From the NCBI GenBank assembly GCA_044892525.1, contig CM097887.1:87150397-87214396 (forward strand): 64,000 nt of DNA, given 5' to 3'. This DNA comes from Schmidtea polychroa (taxonomy: Eukaryota). The notes under the pieces are model-generated. The model saw nothing but the letters and a program-made list of their open reading frames with translations, was not told the DNA's origin and did not search any database. The first letter of the stretch is position 1. Each line of letters opens with the position of its first letter. This document shows, piece after piece, positions 31,411 to 43,996 of this stretch. Both the position numbers and the translations under genes were made by a program.

Positions 31411-31893
31411 CTACTCTCCGAATCCCGCGCTCTCCTTGGTCGAGCGGGTGGACGTTCGCGCGCGTCCGCGTGTCCTTGGTCGTCCTGGTCCTCGTTGAGG
31501 CCGTCTTGGGTATTTTAATCCACGCTGAAGAGCCGCGGTCCGTTTCGGGTGACATTGGGCTCGAGCGTAGCCGTCGCAGTCTTCTACCTCGCCAGCCAGA
31601 GTCGCTTTCTCGAGCCGGTGTAATCGGTCTATCGCATCCGTCACTTCGTCAAAAGCGTCGATCAAGGCTAACGACGCGTGGTTGAGGTACGGCTCCACCT
31701 TCGGAATTACGGGGATCACGTTCTGGTAAGTCCAATCATGGATCTTGTACCAGATCCATCTAGACCTTAGGCGAGCGATTTCCGATTCTTCCCTCAATCG
31801 GACGGCTTCATCTGCCTCTTCGCCGCTACCTCCGCGGTTCCAGTCAGTCGACGAGTGACCTTCTCGTATCTTCTTTGGTTCGGTACTGAGCAT
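31411..31893 (-). CDS. LTR-encoded 160-aa ORF (5' LTR copy)
   Basis: Identical to 628-1110. Confidence 0.5.
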   Translation of the reverse strand: MLSTEPKKIREGHSSTDWNRGGSGEEADEAVRLREESEIARLRSRWIWYKIHDWTYQNVIPVIPKVEPYLNHASLALIDAFDEVTDAIDRLHRLEKATLAGEVEDCDGYARAQCHPKRTAALQRGLKYPRRPQRGPGRPRTRGRARTSTRSTKESAGFGE

Positions 31894-33409
31894 GGCTGTA
31901 ATGATAAAAGAGGTATTAGGCGAATCTTTGTCCCTCTATCTGTGGTCGTTTACTCCAACATGTCTAAACCCCCCATTACGATTTACATCCAAGCATACTA
32001 GGCATTCAATCCCATAGACCAATGATTTTGTATGTGAAGTAGATTAAATTACTAATTAATTTCCATATTGATTTATTTATCCGATTAGATCGCGGATTAC
32101 TAAATTAAATTAAATTTGTACATTGACGGTTGGTAAGTAAATTAAATTTAAGACAAAGAAAAATTAAAATTTCGTAAATTAAATTAAGACAAAAATTAGA
32201 ATTTCGTAAATTAAATCAGAATCGCATATTTCAAAGATTTTGTTTAATTTGATTAAAAATTAAATTTGTTATTCTTAATGTCTAATATTCTTCAAATTTT
32301 GGTTTAACGATAATATGCAATTACTATGCTACTAAGACCTACTACGAGGAGGGACATTACTACATATCGAGAAATTTTACTCGGTCTCTAGTAATACCTA
32401 ACCGTAAGGGTTGTGAGTAGCTCCACCATCATCCCAGTTGGATAAGTAAAAGGACAAAAAAAAATTGGTTAGTTTTCCATTTGTTTAATTTTAGGAATTC
32501 GATCCTTCCAGCTTTCAGTCTCAACGAGGGGTGTATTCGGATGAATTCTGCAACAGTCGTGGCCTAATAATAATCTAACGTATGCCAATTCCCCCATTTG
32601 TGACGCATTTGTGCCCCAGATTATGGGTAACCCCATTCTCGTGTTTATGGATATACATGTGGGGGAATACAGGACAAAATGTTAATCTGAAGAGGATTTA
32701 GTGAGGCTTTCTGCTCATTCCTCTGTCTACATCGTTGTTAAGCATTTTGCGGTGACTGATAATCTTTCCTGTCTATAAGTATTATAATTTTATTTAAAAA
32801 ATAAAAATTTTGTTCTTATTAAATTTAATTGAATAACTCGCTTTAACGTTATGTAATAATTTTTATATGTTTTTGTCAATTGTTTTCTCTTACATTTACA
32901 TAATCAACGATTGTAATCATAGGACCCATTACTACTCCTTACTTTTCGCCTATGATCATGAGGTATATGTGTCCTAGCTTGAATGGTCGATGTGTGGGAT
33001 CCATCTTGGGGAATAACAGGGTTAAATTCGCCAAGACATCGGGGTTTTAGTCAAGGATCAGGACTTCCGCTGTCGAGGCTGATGGTGATTGGTTCGTTTG
33101 CGAACACGCATGCATCGTCCATTTGGTCGGTCAGGGTAATTTCAGTGAGGGCACCCCTTAGTATTCAGGGTTACTTCTATAAATAGAACCAATTTTATTG
33201 GTTAGAGTTTTCATTAGGGAAAGAGCAATAATTGATGTCGGTTTTGAAGTTTTCTATTAATAGAAACATTTCAGAAAATCGATATATTGGTTGGAGTAAA
33301 TTATATAAGGAACAAAGGGGGGTAGGATCATTGTAACTAAATTTAGACCTAGAGGAATCCCAAAGATCGCTAATTAAATAAAAAAAATTTGTAATAATTA
33401 ATTAATAAC

Positions 33410-33762
33410 GCAATGACAAGGGTAGTGATAATAATAGTGGCAATGATAAGAGTGGAAGTGTTAATGGTAATAGCGCTAAATCAGTAATATTAAGAACATT
33501 AATAATGATCATCCTAATAATAATAATAATGACAACAGTGATAGTAACTACAATAATAATCATAACAGTAATAATAATGATAATTATTATAANNNNNNNN
33601 NNNNNNNNNNNNNNNNNNNNNNNNNNNNNNNNNNNNNNNNNNNNNNNNNNNNNNNNNNNNNNNNNNNNNNNNNNNNNNNNNNNNNNNNNNNNNNNNNNNN
33701 NNNNNNNNNNNNNNNNNNNNNNNNNNNNNTTAATAAGAATAACCATAATAATAATGATTATG

Positions 33763-33795
<33 letters not shown>

Positions 33796-34110
33796 TTACT
33801 GATAATAATAATAATAATAATACTAATAATACAGTCATACCCCGGATAACGTTGCCCCGAATAAAGTTGTTTTGCTGTAACGTCGGTCCACCATGGTGAA
33901 AAAGGATCTTTTAAATCTATTTAATTGCGAATTTTTTTCTTAATTATAATTGCTTCGTATAACGTTGTTTCGGTTAACATCGCGTTTTTCTGGAACCATT
34001 TAACAACGTTAACCGGGGTATGACTGTAATAATAATAATAATGATAATAATCATAATAATGATAATGATAATATTGATAATACTAATAACAATAAGGTAA
34101 ATTATAATGA
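33410..34110. repeat. AAT microsatellite inside 5' LTR
   Basis: Counterpart of 2630-3150. Confidence 0.85.
33832..34026. mobile_element. 195-bp Tc1/mariner-pogo-type MITE inserted in the 5' LTR
   Basis: TIRs CAGTCATACCCCGG(A/T)TAACGTTG match at 22/23; TA on both flanks. Confidence 0.85.
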
Positions 34111-37100
34111 TAATAAATGTGAGTTCATAGTATTATAAGATTACTACGGATGGGGGAATCGTTTACGGAAAGTTAAGGGTGTTGTTAAGGTACAAACAAA
34201 AAACATCTTTAAAGATTTTATATAAGGTAGATTTCAATATATATAAAGGTAAGAATGAACGTTTTCTAAATGATTTTAGTTTATCATAATATATCATTAT
34301 ATTGAATAAAATTATGAATAATATCAACAGGATTCATTAACATACTGAACAATAGTTTGTGCAATTAGCCGACTACGAGAGCCTCTGTATTAATTTGAGT
34401 CTGGGATATTTCCCGTTTAGATGATCCTAGTGGTCTGTTTCCTATATCAGAATTAAGTGTTGATTTTTGGTATGTTGTTTACTGAAAAGTCGAGTTAATT
34501 AAAATTTTCCTACTTTCCCGACCCAACTGGATACGGTACGATAGGCCTTATTGTAGTATGTTTCCCGCGATTACTTTCCCGAAGTTTATTTCGTCCGCAT
34601 AGTCCCTATGACTATGCCAACTACCGGTATGGGTTTACCGCCCTACTCCTGGTTAGAACCATTAGTTCGTGGCGACCTCCGGTTAATAAAAGGGGTTTAT
34701 ATTTTATGCATGTGGGGTCGTAGACCCAAAAATGGTGCGTGTAGTCTTTAAATTGGAAACAAGGCTGATCAACATAGTGACTATAACCCGTTCACAATGC
34801 TGGTCACTCTTATTTCGTGATAGTAAGATTAAACAAAACAAAAAAAAAAAAAAAAAAGTTAATCAATATAATGAAATGAAATCACAAATAATAAAATAAC
34901 AATTATAAATTAAATAACAATCATGATAAAATTAATCAATCGTCCTTACAATTAGTGGGTTCCGAATTTTTCAAGAAAAATTTTGGCATAAAAAGATTAA
35001 ATTGTGACTAAAATGCGTCGGTATATATACCTATTTTGTACACGTGTATGTATTGATGCATTAAAACAAACTCGAATTCTTTTTATTCCAGAAGTTTCTA
35101 TTTTGTAATTTTGATATTTTTAATGGCGATTTTTGCGTCATAATTTTTATTTTTATTTTTAAAATTTTATTTCCTAAATATTTTTTGCTAATTTTTCCTC
35201 CATGATGGATTTGGAACGGTTCCAGAACATTCCATATTACTTTTAATTCAATTTTTATTTTTAACTGATATTTTACGAATTTCTTTTTAAGAAATTTTAT
35301 TTTTAATACTAATTTATTTATTTTTCTAAATTTCATTGTTTAAGGTAGCTTTTATGATGGTCATCGCCATTTTTATGGAATGTTCTGGGTTTTTCTGGAA
35401 TTTTTTTGCTACTTTTACCATCTTTTAAGTTATTCGAGTTTGTTTTTGTAACTCTGTGTTTATTTGGCTATTTTGAGTTAGATTTTGCATAACTTCTTGC
35501 TTTTGTATAATTTTATTTAATTTCTGTGTTTTAGGTTTTTGTTGTTTTTTCCTTTAATTACTATTGGTTATTTGGTGTAGTTTTCAATATTTAACTATAC
35601 TTTTTGCTTTTTGCATGCTGTGTACCTACACATTTCGGTCACAATTAGAAGTTTGGGTCTAGAAATCAGTTCTAGCCCAGCATAGATGACGAGGGACTAG
35701 CTTGTCCGTTATTCGTCTCATATTAGGCATGCCTGCGATGATAAGAGGAGTATTAAAGTATTTCATAACATACCTTCGTTTTTTCTTTTGGAGGTTATAT
35801 TAGCAAACGGCCAGAACAAATTCCAAGTTCCGAACCCTATATTAGACTTAATTTAAAGAGACGTTCTTTATCTTTTAACTTGGCAGTCTACATTATCCAA
35901 ATCAAGTCAAGGGAAAACTTTTGTTTCCGGACTATAAAAATTTAAATTAACAAACTTAGACCAGGGGGATCTTCATCGTTTTTAACTTCAAATATTAAGC
36001 TTCAAATTTAAGATTCATAATAATTTTCAGCGACACCAGTTTAAATTCACAAAAGATATATATATAAAAATTTGAACCAACGAAACCATCTTGTCATGTT
36101 ATGCAAATGCTAATTAAAAAATCAAATTCCCAAATTTAAGGTATTGTTTTAAATTATCAATTATATCAAGGAATTATTATGTCAACAAGCGGATAATTTA
36201 AGGCCATTTTTATTTCAATTATTAAGGCTTTATAATCATATGTGTGGTTTTCTACTGAAACCAATTGTATGGAACTGAATGGTAATGCTTGGAGCTTTAC
36301 CCAAACCACTTACCTTTCTTCTAATTACAATTATAGTAAGTGGAATTTTCGTCATAAAGTAAGTTTCGTTGCTAAAATTAAGATGATTTTCTAGGTATCT
36401 GTTATCAGTTAGCGTTTTGTTCATGAAAAATTAATATCTTCTACCGACAATGGAAATTTACCGGTCGATTAAATATGGTAGAGATTCAAGCTTTCAATGC
36501 CTAACTCAATTCAACCGGACTTAATAAACGAATCAACCTCTATTATATTCGGTTTCGGTCGAATGATATTCGTATACTATTCTGGGTAATTTATGCCCCA
36601 GATTGGAATTTCTCGAGAAGTTCAAAAATTTATTCTTCCCGTCTCGGTTTCGGTATAATGCACACGTGGAGAATCTTGGGTGATTTTGTTGGATATATTT
36701 GTCGTTTTCTACTAAACTGTTTATGTAGACCACCTAATATAATTTTTGATCTCCCCTTTTTCTGAGGAATTATTTGTTGGAATATATTTATCATCTTTTA
36801 TCTACAAACGGATAACAAAAAATTTTGGAACGGCTTTAGGAGTTATCTTCTTGGCATACATGACGGGTGTTGTATCTAGCGTCACTTCTCTATAGACCAG
36901 GGGTTCTTAACCTTTTCAAACTTATGCACCCCATAAATATATAATTGGTACCGACGGACCCCTGAAATGTTAAAAAATTAATAAATTGATAGTAAAACAC
37001 ATACATTTTTTAATAATTATTTATAAATCTGTTTATTCAGCTTCAAACAAAAATAATAAAGAGTAGTGTGGTTATATACCCAACCAAAACAGCCCCCCAA

Positions 37101-37890
37101 CAAAAACATGCCTCCAAATCACTTAAGCTATTAGAAAAACAACCTAAAACTTATACTTTTATAGTATTTTAACCCTATATTTTGAAAACAACCACCCTTA
37201 ATGACTCTAACTGTTTTAATCTTTAAAGCCTCAAACTCAAAAGCTTCAAACTAAAAAGAGAATAGAAAAGAAAATGGCATTATGAAAAAGTTAGAGGGCT
37301 ATTTGATCTTTATCAGATTATTGATTTTAAATTATATAAATTAAAAAATAAATGAAAAATAGTAAAACTGCTCTGAGGGGACAGTGGTATTTTTTTTTTC
37401 ACTGTCCCCTCAACAGTTTTTTTTGATCCGGATCATTTTTTTATTTATCAACCTCTTTCGTTTATCGAATCTCTTCCAATATACAAGCTGGCCAGACTCA
37501 TACATCAGAATCAATCCGATAATAGCAGCACGCCTTATTATTCGCTTCTCGCTCACGAAGTCGATTTCAACGGCGTTTTAAGCGTGCTGCTCGAAAGTAC
37601 AAATGAATTCGAAAGCGAATCCGAAAGAGGTCCGAAAACAACTGAGAAATAAATGTGCACATTACCGGGATCGATCCGGGGGTGTTCGAAAGACAGGTGG
37701 CGATAATTACCGGTTCGCCACCATCACCCGTTTCAATAATTTTCTTTTCATATTTATGTTTAAAAATAAAATAATTAATAAAATAAATAAAATAAATAAA
37801 ATAAAATAAAAATAAATAAAATATACAACTACTTATAAATCTAAGATACCCACACTATTATTTTCAAATTTTTAATATTATTTTATGTTG

Positions 37891-38200
37891 AAAAAAAAAC
37901 TAACCTCAGATGTGATTTGAACCGCTAGCATTTTGAACCACTGTGCCAGTCTATTCCCACTGCGCCATCAAGGTTTGAATTTTTGTCATTTTTTTAATTT
38001 TTATTATAAAAAAATAAAATAAAATAAAATAAATAAAATAAAATATACAAGTACTTTATAAATATAAGATACCCACACTATTTTCAATATTATTTTCAAA
38101 TTTTTAATATTATTTTATGTTGAAAAAAAACTAACCTCAGATGTGATTTGAACCGCTAGCATTTTGAACCACTGTGCCAGTCTATTCCCACTGCGCCATC
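37891..38200 (-). ncRNA. Two tandem tRNA-derived/Pol III type-2 cassettes (37891-37969 and 38123-38200) in a 231-bp duplication
   Basis: A-box TGGCGCAGTGG, B-box GGTTCAAATC, T-run downstream; cloverleaf is degenerate. Confidence 0.45.
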
Positions 38201-38532
38201 AAGGTTTGAATTTTTGTCATTTTTTTAAATAATCGATTCAAGTTCTTCTATTCTTTCCTGTAATTGTTTTATTTTATCTAATCTTTTCTCAGCTACTTCT
38301 ACTGCATTCATGTAAAAATGTCGATACTTTTCATTCTCTACCACCAACTCTTTAATGTATTCTGATGGTTCTTCTTCTCTTCTTTTTATTCTCTTAAGTT
38401 TAACTTCATTCAATTCATTTCTCATTCTTTCAATAAAGTCAATCATTTTTATAAATTATTTTTTTATTGAATTCCCTTTTATTTTTATTTTTATTTTTCA
38501 ACTTTTATTTTTATCAACTTTAATATATAAAA

Positions 38533-39357
38533 ATGAATAATATAAATCTTAAAATTCAAGAAAAAAATAAATTAAATCTTGATTATAATAAAGAATTTAC
38601 TCATGAAATTAAAAAAAATGATATTTTAAAAATCTCGCCAACTTCAGGATCGATTGCAAACTTAAATCGTAGGGGTGATATAGTTTTTCAATCTCTTCAA
38701 ACATCAAACCCTATAGATATTTGTAATGCCAAATTATATTATAAAATCGAATTAGAAATTGAAGCAAACAAAGATATAACCCTAGAAAATAATTTCTTTC
38801 CAAATTTATTCTCCAACATGAGATTAAAACTAGGATCATCAGAAATTGAAACTGTTTTGCATCCGGGAGTATATTCTACAATGTTAAATTTTATTTTGAC
38901 TGGTTGTGATTATAAAAACGAATATGGTGAATTAACAGGTTGGATTCCTGATGTTAATAAAGGGGATTTAGATAAAGATGGTTTAGATGTAAACCATGGT
39001 TACCATAAAAGAGCTGAACTTTATAAATCTAAAAAATTTGAAGGTTATTTTGAATTAAAACACTTGTTTGGATTCCTTCAAAACTATAATCGTATACTTC
39101 ATAATGTTTTTATAGAATTCATCTGTAATAGAGTAGAAGGTGATAAAAGATTGTTCTATGGAGCTGTAGATACAAAAGCTAAATTAAAATTAAAAACACA
39201 GGTAAGGGATCCTTTGGTTATCATAGGTTCTATAAGAAGATCATGGTTCCTTATGGTCGACGGTGAGCGGCTCATTTGTAAGGGAGCATGTATCGTCAAA
39301 TTTCTTTGGTTAGCGAGTCTGATAGGGGTACCCTTCGGTTTACAGTGTTGTTCCTAA
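38533..39357 (+). pseudogene. Polinton/adintovirus major capsid protein, N-terminal part
   Basis: LN..GDI.F ... LENNFFPNLFS.MRL.LG..EIE...PG..STM pattern; similarity appears to stop at ~39200. Confidence 0.55.
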
Positions 39358-39646
39358 TAATAACAGCGGTTCTATTGGTCGAATTTGGCTATGAGGGAAA
39401 AATCGATAATGTCAACTTTTTTGAATTTTACTATTAATAGTAATATTTTGGGAATCGATAAATTGGGTTATTAAACTATATAGTTAATTATTAGGACAAC
39501 GTTATTAATTATGCGGTTAAGGGGTGATAATAAAAAGAATAAAACATTGATTTATTATTCAATTCTCCTTTTTATTAAATCAATTTTAATATGTCAATTG
39601 TTGATGATAATAACTAAATGGCACTAAATAATAGCCACATCATTAA

Positions 39647-39863
39647 CACGTTGACTACCACCATATATATAAATACTACATTCCTACGGTGCCGTAGTAC
39701 ATTATAGACTGTGGCAGTCGGCGGTACACGCGGCATCTAGTAAATACCGTTTTCATTATGTGCCGCCGGCTGTACACAGGTTATTTTTTATCTGTTAAAA
39801 AAAATGTTTTGTGGTATAAAAATGTATTGTGTACTGTGGGCGGGGCATATGGCAGTCAACGTG
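39647..39863. mobile_element. piggyBac-type MITE
   Basis: TTAA flanks; TIR CACGTTGACT(A/G)CCA 13/14. Confidence 0.75.
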
Positions 39864-39959
39864 TTAACATTAATTTATTATTCAATTTTTCTCTTTATCG
39901 AATTAAATTTTATGTCAATTGTTAATAATAATATCTAAATAGTACTAAATAATAGTACT

Positions 39960-41186
39960 AAAAAAATATCATTTGGTCCGGTATTAGTTTTCATTCTGTT
40001 AAAATACTGCTCCATAATTCGATAGATGTTTTCGGAGTTCTTTTATATATTTTGTCCTTCAAGATCGACCATAAATTTTCTATTATGTTTATGTCAGGTG
40101 ATTTTGAGTGCTAATTACTTATGACGCAAATACATTTCCTAACCAGAAATTCTGTTGTAGACTTCGAACGATAGCATGAAGCACCATCGTGTATAAAAGT
40201 AATTTCCGGAGAACAAAGGTCTTGAAGGCCTATTTCAATAACAGTTTGATAAGCAGCAGAATATAATCTTCTCGGAAATTTTATCAACATTCGTTTTACA
40301 TCACCTAAAATAGATACCCACACTAATATTAAAATACCTCCTTGTCGCACTGTTTTACACGTATATTTGTTCTTAAAACGATTATTTATAGGTTTTTGAA
40401 CATAACGACACCGAGTGGTATATAAGTCAAACCGTACCTCATCACTAAACATTACATTATTCCAAAATTCTTGAATTAATGAATTATAGGATTTGCACCA
40501 AGCTATTCGTTTCCGAATTTGAACCTTATTTAAAAGCGGCTTTTTAGATCTTAATCTTCCATATAAGCCACTTTTTCTTAAATTTCGTCGAACTGTCCAA
40601 ATTGACAGTTTTTCGTTCGTTTTTACCTCTCGAGATATTTCTCTAGCAGTCTCAAAGGGATTTCTTTTTGAATGTATTAAAATTGATCTTCTCTCTCTTT
40701 CCGATGATTTCAATGGGCGTTCACTCTGCTGTTTTTTTAACTGGTCCACATCGTAAATACTTTCGCAATATGTAACTTATAGTTGTTTGCTTCATACAGA
40801 GAAATTTAGACACTTCCATTTAACTTTTGCCTATCAATAACTTATCTACTATTAATTCTTTAATTTCTTCAGAAATCTTTGGCATTTCTAAAAGATATAT
40901 TAAAGGGTTATAAAATAAATATAAAAAAATAAATTATCAATCAAAAATATGTGAGAACATTATATAGAATAAATTTCTAGCAAAAACGTTTGCTTGTTTA
41001 AAATTACCAAAGTTCAATAATAAATTCAAACAAATGAAATTTTTAAAAATATTTCTTTTCTATTACATTACATTATTAACATTTAACATTCTTGAAAAGA
41101 TTAGTCATCGTACGAAACATACATAAATATATATTAATGATTATCTGATTTTATTTTATTTATTAAATCTTTTGCTCGCCACAGTA
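39960..41186 (-). mobile_element. Tc1/mariner element, frameshifted transposase, left end missing
   Basis: ORF 40111-40749 with HTH, FSDE and FIHDGAS, continuing out of frame as AQSPDINIIENLW; probable right terminus near 41186. Confidence 0.85.
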
Positions 41187-41214
41187 TCCAACCTGATGAT
41201 GACAGGAAAACTAT

Positions 41215-41216
<2 letters not shown>

Positions 41217-41280
<64 letters not shown>
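41217..41280. repeat. (AT)n microsatellite
   Basis: Pure AT dinucleotide run. Confidence 0.95.
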
Positions 41281-41282
<2 letters not shown>

Positions 41283-41902
41283 TATCGTGAAACGAATGTT
41301 TGATGGGCGCTTTCTTATAATTAAATCGTTGCTATGTTTTTTAAGTGAAAAAAGTGAAAATTATGACTAAAAAGTGCAATATATGACTATAGTCAGAGGT
41401 GCTTTACTTAGATATTAAGATTTCACCCAGACATGGTCCATGAACAGATTTCTTATTTGTCGACACAGATTATTTTATATGAAAATCAACGAAAAGATTT
41501 CTTTTCGATATAAATTTCGCATTTTTAAGGAATAATTTTTATAATATTTGGTCGAGACATCCTTAACAAAAAAGTTGCATCTTGATTCAGTTAAGAAGAT
41601 TCTGAAATAAAATCCTCGAAAAGTTTCTTGGTTTTTCTAGGAATTAAGAAAGGGTAAAAACAATCGATAATACTCAAAAATTCGGCTATGTCCGACGGAC
41701 TTGGAAATATTTTCAACGCTTCTATTTATGACAGTGCATTGTAAAATTTACATATTTTGATGGGACTTTCAACTTTCTATAGTAATTTTAAATGGGAATT
41801 TCAAATCTTTGTTCAAATGTATACTGTCATTGCGGCAACTATGAATATTTGTTTAAATAAACTCATTTGATTAATATATAGTAATATTAATATGTATGTA
41901 AA

Positions 41903-42427
41903 TTGCTTGTTGAAAAATGCAACAAAATATATTGGCATCGAGGTTCAGAATCTGAAAATGGTTTGACGCATTCAGAGTTCTGTAAAGTTCAAATGAAAAT
42001 TATAAAGGGGTTTGATAAAGATTGGACAAAACGTTTACAAAAGAGAGATGTCATCATCATTGATGATTTGTATCAAGAAGCCAACAAAAAACAGGAATTT
42101 AATAATTTGTTTACAAAGATTTCTAGACATGTTGGAGTTACAGTTATTTTTATAACTCAAAATCTTTTCCATAAAGGAGGAAATCATAGAACTCGTAATT
42201 TAAATGTACATTATCTAAAATTTTTTAAAAACCTTAGAGATGCAACAGTTATTGATTTTCTAGCAAGACAATCACACCCAAACAATAGGAAGTTTCCTCT
42301 AGAAGCATTTCAAGATGCAACTAAAATTCCTCATGGATATTTATTTCTAGACTTTACCCAAAATGTTCGGATGAATTACGAGTTCGAACAGAAATATTTA
42401 ACAAAAACAGTATATAAACAAAGTTGA
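41903..42427 (+). pseudogene. Polinton packaging ATPase, Walker A missing
   Basis: IIIDDL..LFTKISRH..VIFITQNLF..RT..LN..Y..FKN.RD..LARQ..GYLFLD. Confidence 0.85.
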
Positions 42428-43049
42428 TCAAGTGAAAAGATTAATAATGTCTTTTCAAAACGTAATTGTCAAACCTTCAAAGAAATTGAAGAATTTGATT
42501 GCAAAGCGTAAGAATAGGAAAATTACAAATAAAATTCCACCGAAAACTAGTTACACGAAACCAAAAAAGTTTCAATTATACAAACGAAAACCTAAAGATT
42601 TTATAGCATCTAGACAAATCAAAATTCCAAGGAGCTTACTATATTCTAATTCTTTGCTGGCTCCTAAACAATCAAGAATGACAATTTTATAAGCATTCCC
42701 TACATTTGTGATAGATGATTTACTTAACATTATAATGAATGTTGTACATGGTAAGGTAAATATTAGCAATGCAAGGAAACATATTTTGGAAAAACACAAG
42801 AGATCGCTTCTATCACTTGTAAATAGCAAAAACAAAAAACAAATGAGATGATTATGTATAGCTGCATTAATTCCTCTTGCATTATCTTTATAAGGTGGAG
42901 CAGGTTTATTAGGAAGTCGAAGTTCATAAACAATGGATGGTACTCCTTCATTACCGAATTTCAAACTTGAATTTAATCCAAATTGTTGCAATGGAGAAAA
43001 TTTAGACAAATCTAAAAGACCCAGCATCTTTTGGAGGAATCGACAGACT

Positions 43050-43975
43050 AAAGAAAGCAATAAAGAAATCAACGAATGAGACAAGCAATTGGTTATTGAT
43101 CCAATTTGCATACAGTCTCAACAAACTGATGTTAAAAAGATTTCCAACAAGAGCATATAAAACATTTGGTATTGATGATTTATGGCAAGCGGATTTGTTA
43201 GAAATGATTTCATATTCTAGTATCAACAAAGGTTACAAGTATATTTTAACACGTATTGACATATTTAGCCGATTGGCGAGAGCTATACCTGTTAAAACTA
43301 AATCTGCTAATGAAATTGCTCAAGCGATAAAGAGTTTATTTGCTGATGGACATCCCGATAATTTGCAAACTGATTTGGGTAAGGAATTTCACAAAAGTAA
43401 AGTTAAACAAATTCTAAAAGAAGAATACTGTTCATTCTCAATATAAGGTAGCCTATGTCGAACGATTTAATCGTACATTGAGAAATAAATTGAAAAAGTA
43501 TTTTGTATATAAAGGCAATAAGACATGGATACATGTTTTACAAAATCTAATTCATTCATATAATCATTCCTCGCACCGTTGTTTAAAAGAATTATGACCA
43601 GTTGATGTTTCAAATGATAATCAAGTCAAATTATTGCTATCTCGACAAGTTCTAAAATCCAAGAAATCAAAATATAAAATCGGTGATTATGCAAGAATAT
43701 CGAAAAATAGTGCTTCTCCATTCATTAAAAACTTTGATAATAATTGGAGCGATGAGATTTTTCAAATTTTGAAGATTAACAACAAACAGAGTCCTGTAAT
43801 GTATGTCATTAAGAATTATGATAACAATGAAATTATAAGTAAAATTTATGAGCAAGAATTGCAAGTTATTCCAAGGCCTACAATTTTTAGAATACAAGAA
43901 ATTCTAATGACTAGAGGAAAAGGAAAGCATAAACAATATTACGTTAAATGGCACGGTTATCAAAACCCTACTTGA
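43050..43975 (+). pseudogene. Polinton retroviral-like integrase with chromodomain, fragmented
   Basis: DDLWQADLLEM..GYKYILT.IDIFSR, LQTDLGKEF, KYKIGD..RI, YYVKWHGY. Confidence 0.85.
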
Positions 43976-43996
43976 ATACTGGAATCTCAGTTGAAA

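Larger units (their letters stand above)
1..35682 (-). mobile_element. Giant (~36 kb) Ty3/Gypsy LTR retroelement with env and accessory genes (Burro-like); left end lies outside the window
   Basis: 1-4719 is directly repeated at 30784-35682; PBS present; gag, PR (DTG), RT (YIDD), RNase H and integrase in Gypsy order on the minus strand. Confidence 0.95.
30211..35682 (-). repeat. 5' LTR, ~5.47 kb
   Basis: Starts TGTATGG 4 nt from the PBS and ends CCCAGCA; 30784 onward matches window positions 1-4719. Confidence 0.9.

Noticed and set aside
1-35682. Segmental duplication or assembly artefact instead of LTRs
   Set aside because: PBS, TG...CA ends, gag-pol in between, and real differences between copies support LTRs.
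36898-36920. hAT-like end CAGGGGTTCTTAACC (similar orphan CAGGGCCGTC near 59897)
   Set aside because: No partner TIR or matching TSD found.
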